Below, in pieces: positions 12,901 to 31,300 of a stretch of DNA of 64,000 bases. The notes beneath the pieces are model-generated. The model was not told the origin of the DNA, did not search any database, and saw only the letters and a list, made by a program, of their open reading frames with translations. Origin of the DNA: Gracilinanus agilis (lineage: Eukaryota); assembly GCF_016433145.1 (NCBI RefSeq), contig NC_058136.1, positions 71,101,724 to 71,165,723 on the forward strand, in the 5' to 3' direction. Position 1 is the first letter of the stretch; each line of letters opens with the position of its first letter. The translations under genes and the position numbers were made by a program.

Positions 12901-13425
12901 CCACTCCTACGCCAGCTCAATCCGGAAGGCCGTCCTGGCATCAATGGACAATGAAAATGTGAGGCTCCCGAGGCTTCCCAGCAGGGTGGGGGACTAATAA
13001 GGCTCTGGTTACAGGACAGAATTTTTGAAGCTGCCTCTTGCCCTCCCCATGTTTTGCCTTCAACTTTAGTTAAGGTAGCAAATCTGTGGGCTCGAATCTG
13101 AGAACTATAGCTCAAATCCCAACTCCGTACTTGGGCCAGGCGTCGGTATGGTTTTCTTGGGGGATTGGCACTCTAAAGCTAAAGCCCGGCTGTTTCCAGG
13201 CATCTTTCCTGTACAGATTGCCTTCGCTCTGAAGGCAACTCCGTGCTTTGGGCCTCTTGTCTCACTGATGGCAGGGGAGGGGGAGGGACACTGGCAGTTG
13301 CCCATTTGGGGTTCTGTTCCTAGATGCACACCCCAGACATCGGGGGCCAAGGCACCACCTCAGAAGCTATCCAGGACATCATCCGCCACATCAGAGTCAT
13401 CAATGGACGGGCCATGGACGTCTAG
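3965..13425 (+). CDS. IDH3G: Mitochondrial NAD-dependent isocitrate dehydrogenase subunit gamma, exons 2-13 (exon 1 lies upstream of the window)
   Basis: GT-AG exons: 3965-4006 ([14 protein letters not shown]), 4514-4525 (QQTI), 5079-5176 ([33 protein letters not shown]), 6433-6545, 7900-7960, 8059-8191, 10940-11073, 11401-11503, 12419-12565, 12654-12748, 12898-12958, 13324-13425 ([33 protein letters not shown]). The 1101 nt join in one open frame (366 aa plus stop). Peptides match IDH3G as recalled. Confidence 0.97.
5735..5915 (-). mobile_element. CORE-SINE (SINE1_Mdo-like)
   Basis: Core 'aagtgacttgccca..cacagctaggaagtgtctgag..ccactgagcc'. Boundaries approximate. Confidence 0.8.
6980..7160 (-). 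mobile_element. CORE-SINE (SINE1_Mdo-like)
   Basis: 'aacccttaccttc..ttagaatcaat..ttggttccaaggcagaa..aagtgacttgcccagggtcac'. Boundaries approximate. Confidence 0.85.
8731..8928 (+). mobile_element. CORE-SINE, left arm of an inverted pair
   Basis: Full tRNA head, core and tail ending in an A-run. Confidence 0.9.
8932..9123 (-). mobile_element. CORE-SINE, right arm of an inverted pair
   Basis: Reverse-complement full copy, tail-to-tail with 8731-8928. Confidence 0.9.
10648..10836 (+). mobile_element. Young CORE-SINE with 15-bp target-site duplication
   Basis: TSD AAGAAGTAGATAAGG at 10633-10647 and 10837-10851, with a poly-A tail. Confidence 0.95.
11978..12170 (-). mobile_element. CORE-SINE (older copy)
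   Basis: 'aaacccttacctt..aagtgacttgcccaggatcac..tctatccac'. Boundaries approximate. Confidence 0.8.
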
Positions 13426-13605
13426 CTCTTGGACACCTACCTGCCTGCCAGGAGAAGCTCCCCCTCCATCCCCCTCCAGTTGTGCTCCTATTTATTGGCC
13501 CCATAATTATACCTGCTTATCAGACAGGAAATTGAATCTGGGCAGGGATTACCTCCTTCCTCATCCCAAGTATGCTTCCCATTCCCACTGCTTCATAGGT
13601 TCCAA

Positions 13606-13611
13606 AATAAA
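13606..13611 (+). terminator. IDH3G: IDH3G polyadenylation signal AATAAA
   Basis: AATAAA about 180 nt after the stop codon, followed by GT/T-rich sequence. Confidence 0.75.
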
Positions 13612-13835
13612 CAGCTGTACCCTCCTCCATCTTGCCTGGGTGTTTCGGTTTGATTGTGGCTGTTTTCATAAATGGCCAGTGAATGTGAGGGAGGGAAGAG
13701 GGATGGTGGTGGCTCTGCCTCCCCACAAGGTAGCCAGCTTCTCTCCTTCCTTCTCCGCCCTTTCCTGGGCCCTGGCAGACCCTAGCCAAACCCAGTGAGA
13801 GGACACCAAGCAAGATACTCAATAAGAAAAATGAT

Positions 13836-13841
13836 TTTATT
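13836..13841 (-). terminator. SRPK3: SRPK3 polyadenylation signal (TTTATT on +)
   Basis: AATAAA on the minus strand about 380 nt past the SRPK3 stop, preceded by an A-run. Confidence 0.65.
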
Positions 13842-14218
13842 GTTTTTTTTTTTCTTTTTAACCTGAGCAAAAAGATGGGATCAGAACAGAGGGAAAGACT
13901 GCAAAACAGGGTGGAAAACAACTAAATCCTTCTCCAGAAACACTGCTGGCTAAACCGCCCTGCACAACCTCGCACACTAGTTATGGGCCTGAAGGGAGGA
14001 TGCACCAAGGTTCTGGGAGACGGGGGGGTGGGGTTAGCTTTGGAAGCCTTCCCCAGCTGCACAAGCGCCAACTGTGCAGGCCTGGTGCTTCAGGATGGGC
14101 CGAAGACACTTAAGAGCCAGCCTCCTCCCCTGTCTGGCACAGTACCAAGGCACATTAAAAAAGCAGGCCACCCTCTACCACAGCAAACTAGGGCAGGGAG
14201 AACAGGAGAGCCTGGAGT

Positions 14219-22225
<8,007 letters not shown>

Positions 22226-22395
22226 CTCGCCCTCTCCACCACCACACTACACTCTACCTACTCAACCCCGAGGCGGGGGTTACCAGGAAAATCTAGTTAA
22301 CTGATCCCCGGTCCCCAGCCCGTGTCTGCACAGCTCGGGTGCTCTGCCCTCAGTCACTTGGCCTAGTCCGTTGGAGGTAGGGGGTGGGGATGGAG

Positions 22396-22540
22396 TTGAC
22401 GTCAATTTCTCCTTTTGGAATTTTTTTGGGAGGAGGGAGACCTTATCTCTACTGTGAGGAGAGTGGATTGAGGGGCATTTATAGCTGGGGTGATTTCACT
22501 CGGCCGGCCAGGGAAAGGGTTATAAATAGATTCTCAGCTG
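22396..22540 (-). promoter_or_regulatory. SRPK3: Putative SRPK3 promoter module: CRE, TATA/MEF2-like element, MEF2 site, E-box
   Basis: TTGACGTCAA at 22396-22405, CTATAAATG on minus at 22484-22476, TTATAAATAG (matches YTAWWWWTAR) at 22520-22529, CAGCTG at 22535-22540, all 170-315 nt upstream of the ATG. Srpk3 is an established MEF2 target in mouse. Confidence 0.6.
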
Positions 22541-22889
22541 CTTTTAGGGAAGGGAAAGGTATGTCAGTGGAAAGGTCCCCTCCCCCTACCACCCAAAAAA
22601 GTCCACTCTACCAAGTCGCTGAGGGTCCTGGTCCTTTAACTCTTAAAGGTACATGCTCCCGGAACGGAGCCTTCCCTAGGCCTAGGCTGGCCGAGCCACC
22701 TGAGCTTCTAAAGCCGATCCCCTTGCAGGGGGCCGGGCTGATCTGGCCTCTGGCTGCCTGGCTCCACTCCCTTCCTCCCTCTTTCGCGACCCCTCCCCTC
22801 CGAGGGAAAGGGGCTCATCGGTTTCTCGGTGTTTCAAGTTCAAGTCTAGGGGGAAAGCGGGGCCAGGCCTGGAGCTGTCACGCCCCCCC

Positions 22890-23205
22890 NNNNNNNNNNN
22901 NNNNNNNNNNNNNNNNNNNNNNNNNNNNNNNNNNNNNNNNNNNNNNNNNNNNNNNNNNNNNNNNNNNNNNNNNNNNNNNNNNNNNNNNNNNNNNNNNNNN
23001 NNNNNNNNNNNNNNNNNNNNNNNNNNNNNNNNNNNNNNNNNNNNNNNNNNNNNNNNNNNNNNNNNNNNNNNNNNNNNNNNNNNNNNNNNNNNNNNNNNNN
23101 NNNNNNNNNNNNNNNNNNNNNNNNNNNNNNNNNNNNNNNNNNNNNNNNNNNNNNNNNNNNNNNNNNNNNNNNNNNNNNNNNNNNNNNNNNNNNNNNNNNN
23201 NNNNG
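22890..23205. other. Assembly gap (316 N) in the CpG-rich region upstream of SRPK3, followed by a poly-G run
   Basis: N run flanked by a C-run on the left and about 65 consecutive G on the right. Confidence 0.99.
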
Positions 23206-23206
23206 G

Positions 23207-23273
<67 letters not shown>

Positions 23274-23279
23274 GGCAAG

Positions 23280-23580
23280 GTTAAGGAGCCTGGGTGCCAA
23301 AACTGAGCGTTTGGTATTTGATCTGGGAGGCAATAGGGAGTCGATGGAGCTTTATGGCGGGGAGGGGGCAGGGCGGGTAATACTGTGGGACCTGCGTTTT
23401 AGGAAAATCACTTTGCTGGCATAGTGGGAAGAGAGAAAGGGGCGAATTCGAAATGTGGCGAAGGGGAAATCGACTGACTTTGGAATGCTTGGATGTGGGG
23501 GGCGTGAGACGAAAAAGTCGATCTGAACACTTAGGTTTCGAGCCTGGGGGGCTGGGAGAATAGCGTTACTGCTTGTCCCA
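23280..23580 (-). mobile_element. LINE-2 remnant
   Basis: 'gatctgggaggcaatagggagtcgatggag..tgcgttttaggaaaatcactttg..' resembles the marsupial L2 consensus as recalled. Confidence 0.55.
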
Positions 23581-23744
23581 GCCTCCATGATCTGGAGGGG
23601 AGGAATAGGCAGTCTACTGTGTTCTGTACTCCCTCACTTTTTGTCCTAAAGCTAGAACTTTCCCTACCCCTCTATCTGGACACACAGTAATAGGGAGGGG
23701 GCTGGGAAGGGTTTTGGGGAAAGATGATGAGTTCATTCCCCCTT

Positions 23745-25254
23745 CCTTATTTATTTGGTTTTTTATTTCTTTTATTTTCCCAACTATATTTAATAACAAT
23801 TTTCAACATACGTTTTCCAAAATTATAAGATTCCTCTCTCCCCTCCTCCCTCCCGGAGATGAAGGAAGATGAAAAGCAATTTGATCTGGGTTATGTATTA
23901 TTATCACGTAAAACTCCCATTGTTGTGAGAAAATACTCACCTAGAACCAAAATCCCAAAATAAAAACACAAATGAAATAAAGTGGAAAAAATAGTATGCT
24001 TTGATCTGTATTTAGAGTCCAACAGTTCATCCTCTGGAGGTGGATAGCATTCTTTGTCCCAAGCCTATCATAATTGTTCTACATTACTGTGTTGCTGAAA
24101 ATAGCTAAATCTTGCACAGCTGCTGTTACTATGTAACATTGTTCTCCGGGTTCTGCTTATTTCACTCTGCATCAGTTCATGGAGGTCTTTCCGGTTTTTT
24201 TGTTTTTGTTTTTGTTTTTGTTTTTGTTTCTGAAATCATCCTGCTCATTATTTCTTGTTTGTTTTTGGTAAAGATATTTTATTTTACCAATTACATGTAA
24301 TAATTTTCCACTTAAGTTTTTTGATCCAAATTGCCTCCTTCCCTCCCTTTCCCCCCACCCCAGAGAGTAAGCAATTTGATCTGGATTATACATGTATTAT
24401 CATGAAAAATATATTTCCATATGCTCTTTTTGTGAGAATACTCATATAAAACCAAAATCCTAAAATAAAAACGTGAATGAAAGAAAGTGAAAGATAGTAT
24501 GCTTTGATCTGTATTTAGAGTCCAACAGTTCTTTCTCTGGAAGTGGATAGCATTCTCTGTCATAAGTCCTTGCTAATTGGCCTGGATCACTGTATTGCTG
24601 AGAGTAGCTAAATCTTTCACAGTTCATCATCCCACGATATTGCTGTTACTGTGTACATTGTTCTCCTGGTTCTGCTTATCTCACTCTGCATCAGTTCATG
24701 GAATTGTTCGTCCACTGGGGGGGGGGGGGTTAGGTGGGGTTTGGGGGAGAGAGAAAGAACATGAAACGTAACTAGGGGAAAATATTCAAAATAAAAAAAT
24801 TTTTGTTAAATACTGTTTAAAAAAAATCAGTTGATGTAGGTCTTTCCAGTTCCAGAACTCATCCTGTTCATCATTCCTTATAGCACAATAGTGTTCCATC
24901 GCCATCATAGACCACAATTTGTTCAGTCATTCCCAATTGAAGGGCATCCCCTCAGTTTCCCATTCTTTGGCACCACAAAGAGAGATGCTACAAATATTTT
25001 TGTACAAGTAGGTCTTTCCCCTTTTCTTGATCTCTTCGGGATACAGACCTAGTAATGTGTTGCAGGACCAAAGACTATGCACAGTTTTATGGCCCTTTGA
25101 TTATAGTTCCAAATTGCCCTCCAGAATGGTTGGATCAGTTCACAACTCACTCCACTAGCAACGCATTGGTGTTCCAATTTTGCCACATCCCCTATGATGG
25201 TTATCATTTTCCTTTACTGTTATATTGGCAAATCTGATAGGTGTGAGGTGGTAC
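23745..25254 (-). mobile_element. Two L1 3' fragments in tandem (about 23745-24230 and 24240-25254)
   Basis: Repeated 'gtggatagcattc..ttgctgttact..ttctgcttat(t/c)tcactctgcatcagttcatg' blocks; the second extends into antisense ORF2 C-terminal sequence. Confidence 0.8.
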
Positions 25255-25261
25255 TAAGAGT

Positions 25262-25790
25262 CCGTATCCTAAAAAGATCTTTTTTAAAGGAGAAAGGACC
25301 TATTTATACACAAAGATTTACAGTAGCTTTTTTTGTGGTTGCAAAGAACTGGAAATTGAAGGGAATGTCCATCAATTGGGGAATGGCTGAATAAATTGTA
25401 GTATATGATGGCAGATGGAATACTTTTGTGCTATAAGGAATGAAGAACAGGATTGCAGAAAGAATTGAAAGACCTTCATGAACTGATGCAGTGAGATAAG
25501 CAGAAACCAGGAGAACATTGCACACAGCAACAGCAATATCATGGAATGATTAACTGTGAAAGGCTTAGTTACTCTCAGCAGTATAATGATCCAGGACAAT
25601 TCTGAGGGATTTATGACAGAATGCTCTACACCGCCAGAGAAAGAACCATTGAAGTCAGAATGCAGATCAGAGCATACGATTTTTCACTTTATTTCATTTG
25701 TGTTTTTGTTTTTGGATTTTGGTTTTATGTGAATATTCTCTTCCAAAAAGAACATATGGAAATATGTTTTGCATGATAATTCATGTTATG
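25262..25790 (+). mobile_element. L1 3' fragment including the ORF2 C-terminal remnant
   Basis: Translates as KEKGPIYTQRFTVAFFVVAKNWKLKG (L1 ORF2 C-terminus), followed by the 3' UTR 'gaactgatgcagtgagataagcagaaaccaggagaacattg'. Confidence 0.85.
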
Positions 25791-26161
25791 ACCCAGAAAA
25801 AATAATTCATTATAGATTTTGCCAAAGGAAAAATGTGCATTTTTCTAATCAAGAATGATTTAAAACATTTTTTCATATGAGTAGTGATAGCTTTCATTTC
25901 TTTTTGTTTGTTTTTTGGAATTTTATTTTATTTTTATCATATTTCCACATATTTTTACAATCTTTGGTACAAGGGTAATACAGGAATAGATTCAGAATCA
26001 AATAGATTAAAAATAAAAACCATTTTTAAAATCTTAAAAATCAATAATATCAAAAATTCAAAAGTGGAAATTGGAGAGTGGAGGGTTTTGTGTTAAAATC
26101 ATCATCAGCATCTTGGATTCCTTCTGATTTTAGCCAAAATATCACCTTAGAATTATCACCA

Positions 26162-26356
26162 AGAGGGCAGCTGGGTAGCTCAGTGGATTGAGAGTCAGGC
26201 CTAGAGATGGGAGGTCCTAGGTTCAAATCCGGCCTGGGACAGTTCCCAGCTGTGTGACCCTGGGCAAGTCACTTGACCCCCATTGCCTACCCTTACCACT
26301 CTTCTGCCTTGGAGCCAATACACAGCAAGACAGAAGATAAGGGTTTAAAAAAAAAA
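26162..26356 (+). mobile_element. CORE-SINE with 13-bp TSD
   Basis: TSD AGAATTATCACCA at 26149-26161 and 26357-26369. Confidence 0.92.
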
Positions 26357-26409
26357 AGAATTATCACCATATCACTCTTAAATCTCGCCTTGAGTGAAAA
26401 CTAGCTTAT

Positions 26410-26945
26410 TGGTTGTCAGCTGTAGTTTGACTCAGTTGAATATCCATATTTCTTTTTTTTAAATAATTAATTAATTGCTTGTTTAATTTAGAATATTTTT
26501 CCATGGTTACATGATTCACATTTCCCTCTCCTTCTTCCTCCCCCCTCCCGATAGCTTTGATTTCTTCCTCTGAAAACAGCTTGTTCATATCCTTTGAGTA
26601 TTTGTCAATTGGAGAATGATTTGTATTCTTCTAAATTTGACTTAGTTCTCTGTAAATCTGAGAAACGAGACCTTTATCAGAGAGAGAGAGATTTGCTGTC
26701 AAAATGTTTCCCAATCTACTGTTTCCCTTCTAAACTCCGTGACATTGGTTTTGTTTGTGCAAAAGTTTTTTCATTTAATATAATCAAAGGGAATCATTTT
26801 ACATCTTGTAAAAGTTCTCCATCTCTTGTTTGCTCCTAAATTCTTCCCTTCTCCATAGATCTTTCGGTTAAACTATTCCCTGCTCCCCTCATTTGCTTAT
26901 GGTATCACACTTTCTGTCTAAATCATATATCCATTTTGACCAGAG
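26410..26945 (-). mobile_element. L1 fragments
   Basis: T-rich 3' tail plus antisense ORF2-like sequence ('tgagaaacgagacctttatcagaga..tcatttaatataatcaaa'). Boundaries approximate. Confidence 0.6.
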
Positions 26946-27597
26946 TTCAGTTTTTGTTGAATTCAAAGATCCAACTGCGCATAATAATCCTTTTAAGCAT
27001 GCTTTCCCAAATGATGAGGCCCAAAGGCCCTCCCTTCTTCCCCTCCCTCCTCCCACTTGGAGGTGAGTTCCTTTAGCCTTAAGACATGGTGAGTTGAAGA
27101 TGTCTAACTGGACATCCAGTTTCAGCTGTCTGAAAGGTCATGAGTTGAAGAGGACAGAGCAGGCTACATAGATCTGAGAATTGGCAGTCGAGATATGGTC
27201 CCGGGAGCTGAGGAGGTGGGCCAACGAAGCAGAATCCACAGGAAAGAGAAGGGAGCCCATGACAGGCCCCTGAGGGACACCTATGGCTAGGGGACCTGAT
27301 CTGGCAGCGAAGACAGAGAAGAAGCAGTCAGAGAGGCAGGAGGAGAACCTGGCCAGAGGAGCACACAGCTCGCACTCTACAGTCCTTCCCAACTCCCAGC
27401 CCCAGCTAGCTCTCCCTACTAACTAGGCTCAGGGCTCCTTCTGCCTCCTCCCTGTGTCTCCCTACCCAGCACCCTCAGGGCCCAGGAACAGGCCTCCAAA
27501 AGGCCAAAGGAGAGTCCTTCTCAGGAAACTTCTTGAGAACTGCCTGTCCTCCAGACCCTCCACAAACATAAACTACAGACGAGATTATTTGGAACTT

Positions 27598-27626
27598 TTT
27601 ATTTCAAGGCTTTGATCTCATTTATT
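27598..27626 (-). terminator. PLXNB3: Two tandem PLXNB3 polyadenylation signals
   Basis: TTTATT on + at 27598-27603 and 27621-27626, about 700 nt past the stop. Confidence 0.65.
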
Positions 27627-27827
27627 TCCAAATGGCATTTTCCAGCAAGTAAATAAATACATGGGATGGGGGTGGGGAGGGAGCAGGCCTTCCTTGAAGT
27701 TTCCCAATAGGGGCTGGAGCTGGTGTGAATTAGGATAACCTGGGGCTGCCTGAGACTAGCTATGCCACAGTTAAGAGGCCTCGGAATAAGAAAGGCAAAG
27801 CTTGGTGTGTCCCCCCCCCCCCACCTC

Positions 27828-27831
27828 CACA

Positions 27832-27895
<64 letters not shown>
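27828..27895. repeat. (CA)5 C (CA)28 microsatellite in the PLXNB3 3' UTR
   Basis: Read directly from the sequence. Confidence 0.97.
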
Positions 27896-27898
<3 letters not shown>

Positions 27899-28317
27899 GA
27901 GCCCCACTAGTATTCCTAGTGACAGGGGCAAGGGGAAGCCATGGAAGCCAGACTGACTTGAGCAGGAAGTCCTGGCCCTTCTCCAGCATGGAAAAGTGTC
28001 TCAGATAGTGTCCCATGATCCACTTGGGAAGAGAGGGTCAAGCCTTGGCCACTCCAGGCCTAACTTCTTTTGAGGCTCTATACAGCCCTCTCTGACTATC
28101 ATGGCAGTGGTTGGGAGTGGGGAGGGCAGGGAAACTTGGGAAGGGCAGAGTCATCCAGGTGACTGAACGGGGAGCCGGGGCAAAAGGCACTACTGGTAAG
28201 AGAGCAGGAGCCCTGGCAGCTGACTGGCGAGCCTGGCTGGGGCAGCTCCCCACACCCAAACAGGCTGGTCCATCTCCTTCTCCTTGGCCCCAGATCTGGG
28301 CTCTGGGGGTTGGGTCC

Positions 28318-31300
28318 TCACAAGTCGGTCACTTTGTTCTCCACCAGAGCAGCAATTTGTTGAAGTCGGTAGGCCAACTGCATCTTCTGTCCCACGGGGT
28401 CTTCTTCCAGGGCACCGATAATCTGGGAGAAGCCGGAGAGAGCCCATCAGCTAGAGTGCCCCTCCTTTTCAGCTCTCCCCCCAATTCTGTCTCTGCTGAA
28501 CCTCAGAGGCCAGAGTGGTGGTCCTCCTTGGCCAAGGGCAAACCTCCCAGAAGCAATCCTGGAGCACTTCCTGGGAGAAATGGCGCCTACACCATCACTC
28601 CCAGCTTGGCCAATCCGAGCTTTGGTCCCGGGGTCCCTTTTTTTTCCTCAGGGAATTTGGGTCTGGCACCCGAGAGATGACTTCCCACTCCGGTTCAAAC
28701 AAAACTGGCTTCCGGGGGGCTGGGAAGAGAGCTTCGATCAACTGCTCACTCCCTCCACCTCCTCTCCAACTTTAAGTGGTTCTAGATAACTGATCTTAAG
28801 GGTTCTCCCCCTCCCCTCCAAGGTTCTAGACCCTTCTCCAACCCCCACCCAGAAGCCCACTTGCTTCTCACCTGGTCATAATACTTGTTGATGTAATTAT
28901 ACAGTTCATGCAGGGCAACCAGGCAGGTGATGTCAGAAGCATAGTTCTGGAGTTTGGGGTGGGGGACACATTTTGGGGAAGAGTGTCAGGTCTCGGTGGG
29001 GAGCAGACCAATGAGGTCTGAATCATCCCCATTTGGACACTTGGTCCCTGGGAGTTCTGTCCATTCCTCCCTTCCCTCTGGGCCCCCCCCCCCACTAAAA
29101 CAATTGTCCCCATCCTACTGTTCCAATCTGATGCCTCAGCTCCCTTCTGCTCTGGCCACGTTGGTCTCACAGGGCTTTTCTATAGCCTAAGTCTCAGCCT
29201 TGCAGTCAGGAGGACCTGGGTTTATAGCGTGCCTCCCACACTGTTTGGAGATAGCTTGGTGCAGGAATAGGGAGATGGCCTTGACTCTAGGGAGATCGAG
29301 GTCCCACCCTGGTACTAGCTGTAGGAGCCTGAGTAACTGATTTTTTTTTAACCCTTACCTTCTGTCTTAGGATCAGTTTTGAGACAGAAGAGCGGTAAGG
29401 GCTAGGTGATTGGGGTGAAGTGACTTGTCCAGGGAACCATAGTTTGAGGCCCTATTGGAACCCAGGTCTTCCCTAATCCAGGCTCGGTGCTCTATCCACT
29501 GAGCCACCTAGCTGTTCCCCGGGGCAAGTGATTGTTTTAAATGAAATTAAAATTTTCCTCCAATGACATGTAAAGACATTTAAAAACATCTTTAAAATAA
29601 TTTTGAGCCTCGAATTCTTCCCCCCCCCCCCCCGCTGAGATGGCAAGCACTCAGATATAGATTTGACATGTGCGACAAGCATGTAAAACTGATTTTCACA
29701 TTCATTTTTTTTTTTTTGTGGAAGGAAATTTGAACCAAAAAAAAAAAAAATGAACAAATCAAGCAGGGAAAAAAAAATTTTGCTGTGGTCTGGATTCAGC
29801 CTCCCTCTGTTCTTTCTCTGGAAGCAGATGGCCTCTTTTTGATCATGAGTCCTCTGGGATTGGCTTGGATCAGTGTATTGCTGAGAACAGCCAAGTTATT
29901 CACAGCTGTGCAGCGCCTTCTATTGCTGTTACTGCATACAGTGTTCTCCCAGTTCTGCTTACTTCACTCTGCCTCCGTTCATGTAAGTCTTTCCAGGCTT
30001 TTCTGAGATTGTCCTGCATATCATTTCTTGTAGCACAATGGTATTCCTTTTCAATCATATGCCATAACTTGCTCAGTCATTCTTCAATTGTTGGGCATCC
30101 CCTCACTTTCCAATTCTTGGCCCTCCCACAAAAAGAGATGCTTTAAATATTTTTGTACATAGAGGTCTTTCCCTCTCTCTGCCAACCTTTATTTATTTAT
30201 CTATTCATTTATCTATTTATTTATTCATCCATTTATTTGTTTGTTTGTTTGCTTTTTTATTTGACTGTTTGTTTATTTAATTATTTAAAACCCTCACCTT
30301 TCATCTTAGAATCAATACCGCATATTGGTTCCAAGGCAGAAGAGTTGGAAGGGCTGGGCCATGGAGGTTAAGTGACTTGCCCAGGGTCACACAGCTAGAA
30401 AGTGGATGAGGTCAGATTTGAACCCAGGACCTCCCCTCTCTAGGTCTGGCTCCTCCCACCTTTACAAAAAAATCCCTTAGGGATACAAGCCTAGTAATGG
30501 TACTGCTGGGTCAAAGGAGATATACTGCATGGGCAGATTATTTAACTCCTCTGAGTCTCTGTTTCCTTATCTGTGAAATCACGGAGTTGGGTTTGATGGC
30601 CCCCACAGTCTCTTCTAAAGTCTATGACCCTCAAAAGTGAAAAGGACCCCTGTGTGCAAAAAGTTTATAGCTGCTCTTTTTGCAGTGGTAAAGGACTAGA
30701 AACTTAGGGAGTGCCCATCTATTGAACAAATTATGGCATATGAACGGAATGGAATATTACTCTAGGAAGAAATGGTCAAGGGAATGGTTTCAGAGAAACC
30801 TGGGAAGACTCATCTGAACTGATGCACTAATTTATACAATGGTGTCATCTCTATTGTTACAGACAAGCAACCCTGAAAGACTTAAAGAGTTCTGATCAAT
30901 GCACTGGTCAACCATGGTTCCAGAGGACTCCTGCTAAGACATGCTTCCCATTTCCTGACAGAGAGGTGGTGGACCCCACGGTGCAGAATGAGGCATACGT
31001 TTTGGGAAATAGCCCCTGTGGGAATTGGTCTTGGCTTGTCTGTGCAATTTATTACAAAAGTTTTTGGGGTTCCCCCCACCTTTTTCCCATGGTTGGGTAA
31101 GGGAGATAGGACAGAGAGAGAGGAAATAAATGCTTGCTGTTGGAAAAAAATCAAATTTGTGATCCATGATGCATTGCCTTCAATTATCCTCCTCTTGCCT
31201 GCCCAGCCTTCCAGGACACTTAGTTTAAGTGTCCCCTTTTCCAAGCAGTCTTCCCTGCTTAACTCAGTCCACGAGAAGTCAACCACTCCCTCCTAAAAGT

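Noticed and set aside
13148-13798. 216-aa ORF over the IDH3G last exon
   Set aside because: Alternative-frame overlap in GC-rich sequence; no recognisable protein and no ATG start.
23206-23273. About 65-nt poly-G run as a G-quadruplex or regulatory element
   Set aside because: It abuts a gap. Long poly-G at contig ends is a typical sequencing or gap-fill artefact.
22384-23424. 346-aa ORF and overlapping poly-Gly/poly-Pro ORFs
   Set aside because: They stay open only because they run through N and a G homopolymer.
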